Source: a virus. From it: 64,000 bases of DNA. Below are positions 28,065 to 38,400 of the stretch, piece after piece. The stretch's first letter is position 1, and each line of letters opens with the position of its first letter. The DNA lies in IMG/VR virus record IMGVR_UViG_3300025892_000010; one strand, 5' to 3'. The notes beneath the pieces are model-generated. The model saw nothing but the letters and a program-made list of their open reading frames with translations, searched no databases and was not told the origin of the DNA. The position numbers and the translations under genes are program-made.

Positions 28065-28709
28065 TTAGAGCTTTTTAAGAAAGGTTTTAAACACTTCCGC
28101 CTTAGCTTCTGCTAATTGGATTGATTTTGCCTTCTCAATATATCTCTTATATTCTTCAATATCCTGTACCTTAATCTGACCATTGTCCCATATCCACTCT
28201 CTATTCTCCATAATACCCTCTACGAAAGCGTCTGGAGCGCTTGGGTCTGCAACAATGTCAGCCGCCGTTGCTAAATAGAAGTCTTTACCTACATAATTAG
28301 CACCGTTCTTTGTAACCAAGGAACCCATACCTCTTGATGATACACCCAATTGAGCGCCTTCATCAATAAGACCTTTTACAATCTTACCGTAAGGTGTGTT
28401 CATAATCTTGGCTTCACCCATAAAATTTTTACCGTCTGGTGCTAGAGCAGTAACCATATGTGATACTCTCTCTAAATTTACGGTTGGACCATCTGGATGG
28501 CCTAACTCACCGAACGCTCTATTTTTTTGGATAAATTCTCTGTTATATCTGTTTACTTCTTTCGCTAGAATATCATTCTCGTATATTCTTCCATTTCTAT
28601 TCTTGATGTCAGATTGTAGAAAGACACCACGGATTTTGTAATCTTTTTTACCGTTTTTTTCTTCTACAATATACTCTGCCGAAGCAACTTCTTCCGATAT
28701 TAATTTCAT
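28065..28709 (-). CDS. gp21: Prohead protease
   Basis: NRNGRIY, GELGHP, GVSSRGMGS, DIVADPSAPDA. Confidence 0.95.
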   Translation of the reverse strand: MKLISEEVASAEYIVEEKNGKKDYKIRGVFLQSDIKNRNGRIYENDILAKEVNRYNREFIQKNRAFGELGHPDGPTVNLERVSHMVTALAPDGKNFMGEAKIMNTPYGKIVKGLIDEGAQLGVSSRGMGSLVTKNGANYVGKDFYLATAADIVADPSAPDAFVEGIMENREWIWDNGQIKVQDIEEYKRYIEKAKSIQLAEAKAEVFKTFLKKL

Positions 28710-28745
28710 TTAGTCTCTCTCTTTGTTATATATTTATAAAGGATT

Positions 28746-29138
28746 TTATCTAAACTCTACAATTATTGTGTAGTTATCGCCTAAAGCAAAGTTTTTAGTA
28801 GATAATAACACATCACCAGTAGGTGTTGTTGCATTATTTGTAATTTCATTGCCGGCTGTTCTTAAATCCCAATAACCATTACCACTTAAAATAGCTGCTG
28901 TAGAATTAGTTTCTCCGTCCCATACCAATTCAACTGCCGATTTAGTATCAGATACATTTATTGAATACCATATCTTTGCAATTTTTCTAGTTGCGTCTTC
29001 GGTCATAAATGTAACCTCTGAAGCGTCAATCTTTTTAACTAAACTCTCGCCTGTGCCATCTGAAAAGTTTGTTAACTTCGCAACGAATTTTACACCTTGC
29101 GTATCAGCTATAGTTTGTGTTGTTACCGTGTCTGCCAT
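28746..29138 (-). CDS. Hypothetical virion protein, paralog of 29141..29530
   Basis: Shared KIxxxxYxI and SGxGxY/W pattern; in head operon. Confidence 0.55.
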   Translation of the reverse strand: MADTVTTQTIADTQGVKFVAKLTNFSDGTGESLVKKIDASEVTFMTEDATRKIAKIWYSINVSDTKSAVELVWDGETNSTAAILSGNGYWDLRTAGNEITNNATTPTGDVLLSTKNFALGDNYTIIVEFR

Positions 29139-29140
29139 TT

Positions 29141-29530
29141 TTATTCCTCAAATCCTGATTCTTTGTGGCACTCTAAACTAATATTAAATTTAGGTACCGT
29201 AGAATCTGCTTGTAATACTACGTTTTGTTCTGCTTCATCAACCAACTTATTTTCTGTTGGTTTAATCCCATAATTTCCTCTACCACTAACAGATAACTCT
29301 TTACTGCCTAGTGTTAGTTTAACATTACCTGTTCCAAATATTTCATAATAAACATTTGCAATACTAATTTTAGGTTGACTAGTTGCGTTATTTAATTTTG
29401 CAACATCAACAACCGTACCACCATCAGATTGTATACCTTTAATGTTTGTTATAACTTTAAAGTTATCATCTGTCTTATGTACAATAGACTTATTCTCTTT
29501 ATCTAAATTATCAAACCAAAGAATAGTCAT
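29141..29530 (-). CDS. Hypothetical virion protein
   Basis: In head operon; similar to 28746..29138. Confidence 0.55.
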   Translation of the reverse strand: MTILWFDNLDKENKSIVHKTDDNFKVITNIKGIQSDGGTVVDVAKLNNATSQPKISIANVYYEIFGTGNVKLTLGSKELSVSGRGNYGIKPTENKLVDEAEQNVVLQADSTVPKFNISLECHKESGFEE

Positions 29531-29538
29531 TATAAAAA

Positions 29539-29802
29539 TTAACTCCTTGGTGCTACAGCCGTAGCACTTACAGCACCACTTGATGATAAAGTATCTGTTG
29601 GTGCTTTCTCAATTGTAATCACATCACCAGCTGCGTGTAGATAAACCGTACCTAATGTTGTACTATCACTATTTTTTACGGTAATAGTATTAGTTCCAGC
29701 TGTTGCTGTAATTCTGACAAAATGAGAATTACCTACATTGTTGTCTGATAAAGTTCCTGTGACTGCACTACCTTTAATAATAAATGTTCCTGAATATGCC
29801 AT
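29539..29802 (-). CDS. Small beta-rich putative capsid decoration protein
   Basis: Thr/Ser-rich; matches the N-terminus of 29817..30614. Confidence 0.5.
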   Translation of the reverse strand: MAYSGTFIIKGSAVTGTLSDNNVGNSHFVRITATAGTNTITVKNSDSTTLGTVYLHAAGDVITIEKAPTDTLSSSGAVSATAVAPRS

Positions 29803-29816
29803 TGTTTCTCCTCTTA

Positions 29817-30614
29817 TTAATGTCCGTTTGTATCTGAATTATAAAATAAACGACCACTAAAATCTGTTGTTTTACTAATACTAGGTCCTGAAAAACTGAA
29901 AACAGCCGTACCAGGTCCTGTATGATTACCAAATACTGCAAATAATTTATAGTAATTATCTTGTTCTAAATAAAAATTACCACTTCTTTCAGTAGCTCCG
30001 TGTTTACCACCATTATCAACTACAGCATTTGATAAATTAATACCAACTGGTGGATTATCTGCTGAACCACCTAAAAATAAATAACTAGCGTCATCACTAT
30101 TAATAAAAAAAGTAAATGTACCAGTTGCTGGTGCTTTAAAATAACCTATCATAGTATAAGAGGTATTTTCAGGCACCGTTGCACTTCTACTAATACTAGT
30201 CACCGTTGTTGTGGCACTAGGTGATTCTGAACCAGTAAAGTAAGCGTCATATGAAGTTTGGTCATCATAAGGGGTTGTAGTATCAAAAACATATGCACTA
30301 TAAGTTCTTTCAACTGCACCTGCAGCTAAAGTTAAACTATCAGTATCTTCACTACCAACTACTGGCGAACCAGAATAGATTGCTTTATCTGTTGATAATG
30401 AATGAGCAGGTTGTTTTTCAATAACAACTTCCTCACCAACATTTACCAATAAAACAGAACCAATATTAGCATCCGTTTCATCCGTTAATGTTACCGTTGT
30501 ATTAGCATTTACATTAACAAGTTTAGCAAAATGTCTTTTGTTCATATCATTATTAACTAATTGACCTGAAGCGGCTACATCTTTTGCTATAAACCTGTTG
30601 TCTGTATAACTCAT
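29817..30614 (-). CDS. PA14-domain virion protein
   Basis: GYFKAPATGTFTFFINSDDASYL...VVDNGGKHG PA14 signature. Confidence 0.75.
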   Translation of the reverse strand: MSYTDNRFIAKDVAASGQLVNNDMNKRHFAKLVNVNANTTVTLTDETDANIGSVLLVNVGEEVVIEKQPAHSLSTDKAIYSGSPVVGSEDTDSLTLAAGAVERTYSAYVFDTTTPYDDQTSYDAYFTGSESPSATTTVTSISRSATVPENTSYTMIGYFKAPATGTFTFFINSDDASYLFLGGSADNPPVGINLSNAVVDNGGKHGATERSGNFYLEQDNYYKLFAVFGNHTGPGTAVFSFSGPSISKTTDFSGRLFYNSDTNGH

Positions 30615-30877
30615 AAACCTAATTCCTTATCAATGTAATCATAAATTACATCTGTATTTACTTCGTGCTTAACAGCAACGTTATCAATTGTTGTTTCAAC
30701 TTCCTTGACAACATCATCTGTATCATAATCAACTTGGTTATAAAAATCACTCACCACATCTTTTTGACGTGGCGACAATTTATTAAATGTCTCCGTGTCT
30801 ACCGGTGACTTACTGATTAACTGGCTGACTCTCTGCACTTGGAACCTCGGCTTCAGGTGTAGGTTGTTCGTTACCAT
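30611..30877 (-). CDS. Hypothetical head-operon protein (start may be GTG 30838)
   Basis: Open frame coupled to both neighbours. Confidence 0.55.
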   Translation of the reverse strand: MVTNNLHLKPRFQVQRVSQLISKSPVDTETFNKLSPRQKDVVSDFYNQVDYDTDDVVKEVETTIDNVAVKHEVNTDVIYDYIDKELGL

Positions 30878-31133
30878 TATCAGTAAACTCTATTTCTTGA
30901 CCTGTTGTATCCATAATTTGGTCTGTCTTATCGCTTGGGTCAGTTACCGCCGGTTTAGGGTCGCTATGAGCTTCTGGCTCTACACCACTAAAAATTCTAC
31001 CAGCAATATCTTGTCTTTGTGCGTCAAGTGAAGTTGCTACTTTATCTCTTAATGCGTCTTTAAATGCTTCACCAGCACCTGCATTATCTCCTGTATTCAA
31101 CTTGTTAATAAAGTCTGTTATTTTTTCTGACAT
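30810..31133 (-). CDS. Small acidic prohead core protein (gp67-like)
   Basis: Directly after portal; acidic tail. Confidence 0.55.
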   Translation of the reverse strand: MSEKITDFINKLNTGDNAGAGEAFKDALRDKVATSLDAQRQDIAGRIFSGVEPEAHSDPKPAVTDPSDKTDQIMDTTGQEIEFTDNGNEQPTPEAEVPSAESQPVNQ

Positions 31134-31143
31134 AATTTATCTC

Positions 31144-32658
31144 CTATTTGATTTCTCTAGTATATTCGCCTGTGTCTGGCATTGAAATTATACCGTCATC
31201 AATTTCTTTCCTAATTTGTTTATCTATATCTGCTATTTCTCTATCTGTTTGTCTTAATACATTCTTTCTAACAAACTCCACAGAGAAGTATTTACCAACA
31301 TAATCTCTCATTGAATCGGCCAATCTCAATCTTTCCATTAACATTTCTGACTCTTTCAATTCTGCAAAATGTCCATCTTGTAAAAAATTATATTGTATAT
31401 TGTCTCTTAATGTAGCCCATTCTGGTTCTGCAATTACACCTTTTAATACTAATTGAGTTTTTAAAATGTCATTAAAGAGTTCAGTAAATTTCTTTCTTAA
31501 TCTTTGTACAAATTTTGTAAACTTCAATTCGTCTCTTGTAATTTCAGTTGAACGGCCTAAATTAAATCCTGAAGAAGACTCTAATCTACTTACAGGTACA
31601 TTTAAAGAACGATAAAGTTTACTTCTAAAGTATTCTATATCGTTAATTTCTCCTAGATTTTGACCACCTGGTAAAGTATCTATTTGTGTACCTCTACCGC
31701 CTTCTCTACTTGGTAACCAGAAATCTTCCAACATAGACATATAGTTTCTGTCGTCTCTGATTTCACCTGTGTTTGCGTCATAGACAAGTTTGTTTCTGTA
31801 TCTTGCCATAACATCACGTAGATATTGTTCAGCTTTTGCTTTAGGTAAATTACCAACATCAATCTTAAATATTCTTCTTTCAGGCGCTCTTGCAATTCTG
31901 TAAATAACAGAAGCGTCTTCAATCATTCTTAATTGATTAACTGGTTTAATTGCCTTATGCAAATAAGATAATACTAGATTTTTGTTTTGGTCAATTATAC
32001 CTGACGGACAAAATGATATTGTGTCAGTTGCAATTTTAATACCACCTGAAGTAGTATTAGAAACACCTTTTTCGTTATAGATGTAGTATTCTTCAAACTC
32101 ATCTACAACCGTCAATCCGTATGGTGTGGGACCGTCTGGACGTTTCTTCCTAATCTCTCTTATCTTTTTGATTTTACGTGGGTCAATGTATCTTAACTCT
32201 GTAATACCTTTGATTGGCGATTCTCTGTCAATCACTTTATGGTAATACATTCTTCCGTCAACATACCATCTTCTAAAGATGTCGTGACCTCTAGTATTAA
32301 AGTTCATTAACCTTAATACTTCTTTAAATTCTGCGTCAATTTTTTTCTTGATTTCTACACCGTATTCAACACCGGTCAAATCCAGCTTTACTGCGTCTTT
32401 CAACTCATTAGCAACGATAGCTTCGTTGATAATATCTTCAACTGCCATATCACACTCGGGGTGTAATGCAATCTCTCTATATCTTCTAATTAAGTCCTGC
32501 TCATTTTTAGCAGTACCTTCCATATCAAGGTACTGACCAAAATAACCACCAGCGGCGACGGTTTGTGTTCCGTCATCCGCTTGTGGTGTTGTAAAGCTTT
32601 GTTTTGGATCCTGCGGCTTTTTAGTCCGAGTGATAGAAAATCCAAATAAGTCTGCCAT
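31144..32658 (-). CDS. gp20: Portal protein
   Basis: FRRWYVDGR, YRIARAPERRIF, EDFWLPSREGGRGT. Confidence 0.97.
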   Translation of the reverse strand: MADLFGFSITRTKKPQDPKQSFTTPQADDGTQTVAAGGYFGQYLDMEGTAKNEQDLIRRYREIALHPECDMAVEDIINEAIVANELKDAVKLDLTGVEYGVEIKKKIDAEFKEVLRLMNFNTRGHDIFRRWYVDGRMYYHKVIDRESPIKGITELRYIDPRKIKKIREIRKKRPDGPTPYGLTVVDEFEEYYIYNEKGVSNTTSGGIKIATDTISFCPSGIIDQNKNLVLSYLHKAIKPVNQLRMIEDASVIYRIARAPERRIFKIDVGNLPKAKAEQYLRDVMARYRNKLVYDANTGEIRDDRNYMSMLEDFWLPSREGGRGTQIDTLPGGQNLGEINDIEYFRSKLYRSLNVPVSRLESSSGFNLGRSTEITRDELKFTKFVQRLRKKFTELFNDILKTQLVLKGVIAEPEWATLRDNIQYNFLQDGHFAELKESEMLMERLRLADSMRDYVGKYFSVEFVRKNVLRQTDREIADIDKQIRKEIDDGIISMPDTGEYTREIK

Positions 32659-32696
32659 AATAATAATCCTTTGTATTTACTACTTATATTTATATG

Positions 32697-33224
32697 TTAA
32701 GTAGTAGTATTACTTTCAAAGTATTGGTAACCAAAAGTGACAACAAATTCTTCAATTGTGTCATTGTTACCATAGTCCAAATCAATTGCAGCTATAGTTG
32801 TCGGATACGCACCTCTTAATGTGTATGACTTTATAGTTGCACCGTTTCTATCCAATTGGTCAACAAAAGCGTCAACTTGATAATCCGCTGGATTAGTTAA
32901 GCCTTCACCGTCTGTTGCGTTATTGATACCGTTTGACCATCTTTCAAATGCGTTTCTTAATTTGAAATTTGTATCATTGATAACGGTAACTGACCAATCT
33001 TCATAGGTCCTGTCACCAGCGATTTTTACTTGTCTGCCTCTGAAAGGCACGGTAATGTTACCAACCGTCATTGCCGGTAATGTTGTAACCTTACATAAAA
33101 ATGCTAGTTCTTCTATCTCTCCACCAACTTGTGCGTAACCAGGAAAAGGCATTGTTACCTTAAACTGATTGGGTCTAGCCCCACCGCCTGCAAGTTTAGC
33201 TTTGAAGTCGTTAATGTTTGCCAT
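32697..33224 (-). CDS. gp19: Tail tube protein
   Basis: GGARPNQF, FRGRQVKIAGDRTY, IEEFVVTF. Confidence 0.95.
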   Translation of the reverse strand: MANINDFKAKLAGGGARPNQFKVTMPFPGYAQVGGEIEELAFLCKVTTLPAMTVGNITVPFRGRQVKIAGDRTYEDWSVTVINDTNFKLRNAFERWSNGINNATDGEGLTNPADYQVDAFVDQLDRNGATIKSYTLRGAYPTTIAAIDLDYGNNDTIEEFVVTFGYQYFESNTTT

Positions 33225-33238
33225 TTTCTATTCTCCCC

Positions 33239-35158
33239 TTAACCTGCAACTTCGTCAAAGCTGACGCCAGTTCGTGTTGCGATAAATTGTAAAGTAATAA
33301 AGTTAATGCTTCTAGCAGGTTTCACAAAGATTTCTGCTATGAATTCATTTCTGTCAATTACTTCACCTGTGTTATTAGTTTCATCACAGACTACTAAAAA
33401 GTCTGTAATACCTCTTCTACCTTGTACTTCTCTTAAAAAAGGTTCTACAATGTTTCTAAAGTTAGCTCTTGTAAATTCATCATTGAATTCAAAAAGTTGG
33501 AATTTAGAAGCAGTTGCTATTGCCTTCTCTAAAGTGATAAACAATCTTCTTACGTTGATTCTATCAAAAGCACTTGGAGCAGATAATCCAGTTTTGTCTC
33601 CGAAAAGAACCGTACCTTGTCCAGGGAACGTTGCAACAGGATTAACTCTTGCTCTGTATAGTTCGTCTCTTTGAGCTTTAGTTGGATTAAACGCAAGTTT
33701 AACAGCGCCTCTAACTATACCTCTATTGAAGCCGGCTGGTGAGAACCAAGCGTCTGCAATAAGGTCAGTTCTTGCTGAAAGACCTGCAATGTCTCCGTTT
33801 AATGGTACAAAACGATATACGTCATTGTATCTGTCGTATGTGTATTTGTAACCACTATCAAACACAATGTAAGATGATGAATTGATTTGATTAAAGAAAT
33901 CAATTACATTACTCTTTTGTGTGTTAGCGTTAGCAACACCCACAACATCACTTCTTTCAGGACTTGCAAATACAACAGAGTCTTTTCTGTTTTCTGCAAT
34001 CGTGATTAGATTGTCAATGTGTGTTTTGTCGCCAGCACCTGCTATGATAAGACCAACATCAACCGTTTCGCCATCAGCAAATTTTTCATATGCTGATTTC
34101 TTTTGGCCAGTAGTTGCTGTAGTTCCGTCAGAACCAGATTGTAATGATACATTAGAAACAGCAGTCACGTCTGTGAAAGTTGTTCCTGAAGCCGCATTAC
34201 CCCAGTTTGAACCTGAAGGATTGTGATCCATCCAGTAGATGTAGTTAGATGATTTATATATTACGTCAATATAGTAGTTTACAGAACCTTGAGAAGTTTT
34301 AGCGTCTGAAGCTTTTGAAACTGCTTCAAATTTTTCTAATACTTCGCCTTTAGTTCCTGATATTGCACCATCTTCGTCTATTACGATTATATGTATTTCG
34401 TCACCTGAACCACCTCTTGCTTGTGCAAATGGTGATGTTCCTGGTGCCTTGTCAAATAATTCGTAATGTCTCCATCTTCTTCTTACTTGAGCGCCGTTAG
34501 TTGGTGCTTCGTGTAATCCTGAAGAGTTAGTTGTTGCATAAAAAGCAGGCTCTTCTTTTCTAACAATTGATAAATCGTTAGTTGCTTTGCCCACTACTCT
34601 ATATTCATACTCACCACCAAAATTTACTATGTCGCCGATTTCTATTCCTGCCGCTGAAGCAACGGTAACAACCGTATCACCGACAGCCATAGCGGCGTCA
34701 GCAACGGTAGTTTTGTTTACTTCTTCGTAAGCTGTAGCAGAGGCACATTGAGAAATCTGTAAAGAGTTTCCGAAAGCGCCTGGTGTTCTAGCAGCCCACA
34801 TTCCAACAGAAGCAGAACCGTCAGCATAGTTATTTGTATAGTCAGTAGTATTCTTTATTATAAACGCTGAACCACTTTCGGTTGCGTTTGATACAGATGA
34901 ATTCTGTACACGGACTACTCTCAAAGCATTAGAATATTGTAAAAAGTTAGCAGCACTAAAAAAGTCTTCAAAGTTAGAATTATTAGGCTTACCGAACGTA
35001 GATACAAGTTCTTGCTCACTAGAAATACTTACTACTTCATCTAAAGGACCTTGCGTGAAAGTTCCAGCAAAGGCTCCTATTGATGTAGATACAGCAGGTA
35101 TAATTCTTGTTAAGTCTTTTTCCTGTACGAGAACACCTGGTGATACTTGAAATGCCAT
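33239..35158 (-). CDS. gp18: Tail sheath protein
   Basis: SPGVLVQEKD, WFSPAGFNRG, FDRINVRRLF, KPARSINFI. Confidence 0.97.
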   Translation of the reverse strand: MAFQVSPGVLVQEKDLTRIIPAVSTSIGAFAGTFTQGPLDEVVSISSEQELVSTFGKPNNSNFEDFFSAANFLQYSNALRVVRVQNSSVSNATESGSAFIIKNTTDYTNNYADGSASVGMWAARTPGAFGNSLQISQCASATAYEEVNKTTVADAAMAVGDTVVTVASAAGIEIGDIVNFGGEYEYRVVGKATNDLSIVRKEEPAFYATTNSSGLHEAPTNGAQVRRRWRHYELFDKAPGTSPFAQARGGSGDEIHIIVIDEDGAISGTKGEVLEKFEAVSKASDAKTSQGSVNYYIDVIYKSSNYIYWMDHNPSGSNWGNAASGTTFTDVTAVSNVSLQSGSDGTTATTGQKKSAYEKFADGETVDVGLIIAGAGDKTHIDNLITIAENRKDSVVFASPERSDVVGVANANTQKSNVIDFFNQINSSSYIVFDSGYKYTYDRYNDVYRFVPLNGDIAGLSARTDLIADAWFSPAGFNRGIVRGAVKLAFNPTKAQRDELYRARVNPVATFPGQGTVLFGDKTGLSAPSAFDRINVRRLFITLEKAIATASKFQLFEFNDEFTRANFRNIVEPFLREVQGRRGITDFLVVCDETNNTGEVIDRNEFIAEIFVKPARSINFITLQFIATRTGVSFDEVAG

Positions 35159-35274
35159 TAGGGTTTCTCCTTCTTAATTTGCAAATTATTTTTATTCATT
35201 TACTTCAACACTCGTATTATTCATACGCCCATAGTCAAAAGTCATACTCTACTGATATTTATAATACCCAGCAA

Positions 35275-36903
35275 CTAGAGACCCTTACGTACAACTGGAT
35301 GCCATACCGTACCATATTCATCAACTTCTACCTTTTCGTGCTCTGGAGTACCATCATCTACAAACCCGAATGGTGCCATATCTTGCTCAATTAGGTTTTG
35401 TTGTTCTTCATATAACATTTGTCTTGCGTTAGTATCAGTCATCTCCTTGAAGAAAGGTTGATTAGATAACCAACCAAAGATAACTAAACACATCATCAAA
35501 TCGTCATTATTACCCTCTTCAGCCTGCCAAGATTGACCTTTTCTGATAAAGGTTGACATTTCTTCAATAATGTTAAAATCATTAATTAGTATTTTATCAC
35601 TCTCAACTAACGTCTTAATATTAGAACAACCAATCTTTTTAATTTGTTTAGTCATCTTAACACCAAAACCAGAACCTCTACCACTAAATCCGGCACCTAG
35701 TATTTGACCAGCACGACCTCTTTGTGTTGTCATCAATAGATTATCATACTCTAATTCAAATTGTAATGCCTCTGCAATTTGTTGACCTAAATCATTTGTC
35801 TCTACCATTATATGTGCGTGATTATAAGCCTTTGCAACTCTATCAATTGTATGAGGAAATAGTAAAGGTTTAATATCATTGTTTCTATATTTGGCCACAA
35901 TTTTATATGGCATTTTACTAACGTCTAACATCACAAAAGCCGAGTAATCTTTTTGTACACCTCTTGCTACGTCAACGGTACAAACATATGTATTACCTTT
36001 TATAGGTTGTTCATATACATCTAAACCACCACTTGATTGAAGAGGAGTTTGAAAGGCCATTTGTTTAATTTTTGCTGGACTAATTAATGTATTTACAGAA
36101 CCTAAAAACTCACACTCAAACTCTTGTTGAAACTGCTCAGGTGAGGTGTTTCTAATTGTTCTTTCTTTCCAGTCTTCGTCACGACCAGGCACTTCCGACC
36201 AATGTACTTCAATAGGCACATAATCATTTCTACCATTCTCTGCGTCTGTCCATAATTTGTAAAATTGATTCATACCATAGGGTGTTGATACAATAATCAT
36301 TTTTGTTTTTTGACCAGAGGAGATTGTAGGATAAACAGAGCTAAAAAACATTTCGGCAATATTAGCAGGTACGAAAGCGTACTCATCTAGGAAAATAATA
36401 TTATAAGAACCACCTCGGATTGCACTTGAAGAAGTTGCAGCCGCCACAATAGTTGACTTGTTTTCTAATTCAATATTACCTTTGTTCCAGTTTATAACTC
36501 CTTGTTGCATCCACTTTGGTAAGTTTTCATATGCAAGTTGTAATCTACTTAAAATATCTCTAGCAGTTGAAGATTTATTGGCAAGTAAAGCAATGTTTGA
36601 ATTAGGATTAAACAATGCATAATGAAGTAAATAAGAAATAACGGTTGTTGATTTACCTGATTGTCTTGGTAATTTACAAATTGTAAATCTATTGTTATGC
36701 ATAGTGTTAACAATTTTTTCTTGAAAACCATACATTTTAAAAGGCACTAAACCATCATCAAGAGATACAATTTGAATATAATTTTGCATAAAGTAAATAG
36801 GGTCATTAGCACACTTTTGATATTCTACAATTTGTTCTTTTGTAAATTCAACAGGTGTATTTACTTTTTTTAGATTCGGATTACCTAGATATGCGTCAGA
36901 CAT
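35275..36903 (-). CDS. gp17: Terminase large subunit
   Basis: PRQSGKST, FLDEYAF, VSTPYG, DDLMMC. Confidence 0.97.
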   Translation of the reverse strand: MSDAYLGNPNLKKVNTPVEFTKEQIVEYQKCANDPIYFMQNYIQIVSLDDGLVPFKMYGFQEKIVNTMHNNRFTICKLPRQSGKSTTVISYLLHYALFNPNSNIALLANKSSTARDILSRLQLAYENLPKWMQQGVINWNKGNIELENKSTIVAAATSSSAIRGGSYNIIFLDEYAFVPANIAEMFFSSVYPTISSGQKTKMIIVSTPYGMNQFYKLWTDAENGRNDYVPIEVHWSEVPGRDEDWKERTIRNTSPEQFQQEFECEFLGSVNTLISPAKIKQMAFQTPLQSSGGLDVYEQPIKGNTYVCTVDVARGVQKDYSAFVMLDVSKMPYKIVAKYRNNDIKPLLFPHTIDRVAKAYNHAHIMVETNDLGQQIAEALQFELEYDNLLMTTQRGRAGQILGAGFSGRGSGFGVKMTKQIKKIGCSNIKTLVESDKILINDFNIIEEMSTFIRKGQSWQAEEGNNDDLMMCLVIFGWLSNQPFFKEMTDTNARQMLYEEQQNLIEQDMAPFGFVDDGTPEHEKVEVDEYGTVWHPVVRKGL

Positions 36904-37183
36904 TTATAACTATTCCCTCTATATGTGTATAACCTAATTGTCTGGCAGCCTGTACCCTTTGCGAGCCACGCCACACAGAATATTCTTTTTCGGTATATTC
37001 TACACCGTTAACACCTTTTCTTGATGTTAAACTAACTTCGTGTTTTAATACTTCTATTGGATTTATTAATTCTTCACCATCTAACAATTGTTTTAGTGGT
37101 GTCATAGACTTGATAAATTGCAACTTACTTAAATCAAGTATTATCTTTTTCGGGTTTGTCAATTTTGCCTTCAATAATTTCAT
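36896..37183 (-). CDS. Small ParB/Srx-like protein
   Basis: NPIEV...VWRGSQRVQAARQLGYTHI. Confidence 0.55.
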   Translation of the reverse strand: MKLLKAKLTNPKKIILDLSKLQFIKSMTPLKQLLDGEELINPIEVLKHEVSLTSRKGVNGVEYTEKEYSVWRGSQRVQAARQLGYTHIEGIVINV

Positions 37184-37601
37184 CTTCGTTTTTCCGATTT
37201 AGCATTTGTTGTAATTCTTTTGTAGAACCTACGAACAATGCATTTTTAATATTAGCACTTGTTTTATTAGGTACTTCTTTTAAATCTTTTAGTTTCTTTT
37301 GTAAGTCTTGTAGTTTATCTACCGTCTGAGCTACTTGACTTATTAATTGACCTGCAACTTCATATGCTCTAGGGTGTTGGCCTTCTTTTGCAATATCTAA
37401 TATACCTTCAATTGCCTCATTACCTTTATCTATTAAATTGTAATAGTTATCTCTACTATGAACATAATCATTATCAACATCATCTTTTGTTTCATCAATT
37501 TTTCTAGGAACAGGAGCTGGTTGTTCAAAGTCTTTTACTACAACCTCACTTTTCTTTTCTATACCTAAAATTTCATTTACACTATCTTCAAGTTTACTCA
37601 T
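37134..37601 (-). CDS. gp16: Terminase small subunit (start probably MSKLED at 37601)
   Basis: HPRAYEVAGQLI, NALFVGSTKELQ. Confidence 0.88.
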   Translation of the reverse strand: MSKLEDSVNEILGIEKKSEVVVKDFEQPAPVPRKIDETKDDVDNDYVHSRDNYYNLIDKGNEAIEGILDIAKEGQHPRAYEVAGQLISQVAQTVDKLQDLQKKLKDLKEVPNKTSANIKNALFVGSTKELQQMLNRKNEDEIIEGKIDKPEKDNT

Positions 37602-38400
37602 CTGTATCATTAGAAGGATTATAATTTTTACCATCACTAAAATTTAAAATTTGTGTAGTAAATCCAAAGTCATCATCTGCGTCAGCATTTGCTGGATTTG
37701 GAGTTATAATAATCCTCTCCTCTCTTGTTGCTGGTGGTTTTTCTGTATCAGTATATAAATCGTCTTGTACTTCTTTAATAACTTTACTATTGGCCATAGG
37801 ACCAAATAGATAAGTTTTTGCTGTAAATGATAATGTATAAATCACAGCTCTTCTATTAGTAAAACTGCCATCATAACTATCTTGATAATCAACACTATTT
37901 AAAATAATTGGTACGTCTCTTTTTATATTTAAATCAGGAACCATATTAACGGTTACCGTGTAATCAGGTTGGAAGAATGGTAAAATCTGTTCTACAATTA
38001 TTAGTCCGTTTTCAGCAGTTGCCGTAAATATATTAAGGGTATAATTGACATTGTACGGAACAGGAGTATAATTATAATCCATAACTTTACCATCTTCACC
38101 GGTCTTAACTTGTTTGAATTTTTGCATTTTGTTTAACTTCCTACTAGAGTCATAAGATAGTCCTGTCATTTCAAAACCCATTCTAGGTAAGGTAACTGCA
38201 AACTCTCTATTATCTAAATTAGCTTGTTCATCTAATCTAACTAAAAACTTTTCTTTAGGTGCATATGCTAAAGGCACTCTATATCTTTTGGTTACTGCAC
38301 CAGTAGAAGATTTATTTTGAACAATAACATTGTTAAACAATTGACCAAAACCAATTGTTAATCTTCTAATACCTTCGTTGTAAAAATGTGAACCAAACAT
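37594..38400 (-). CDS. gp15: Tail sheath stabiliser
   Basis: VPLAYAPKEKF, LPRMGFE, EQILPFFQP. Confidence 0.93.
   Translation of the reverse strand: MFGSHFYNEGIRRLTIGFGQLFNNVIVQNKSSTGAVTKRYRVPLAYAPKEKFLVRLDEQANLDNREFAVTLPRMGFEMTGLSYDSSRKLNKMQKFKQVKTGEDGKVMDYNYTPVPYNVNYTLNIFTATAENGLIIVEQILPFFQPDYTVTVNMVPDLNIKRDVPIILNSVDYQDSYDGSFTNRRAVIYTLSFTAKTYLFGPMANSKVIKEVQDDLYTDTEKPPATREERIIITPNPANADADDDFGFTTQILNFSDGKNYNPSNDTDE

Noticed and set aside
35159-35263. ~95-nt gp18 leader with small hairpins as a riboswitch
   Set aside because: Only short AT-rich stems; not enough support
2306-36903. Introns, inteins or homing endonucleases in gp43, gp17, gp46, uvsW or gp20
   Set aside because: All are continuous and of ordinary length; no LAGLIDADG/HNH/GIY-YIG motifs noticed
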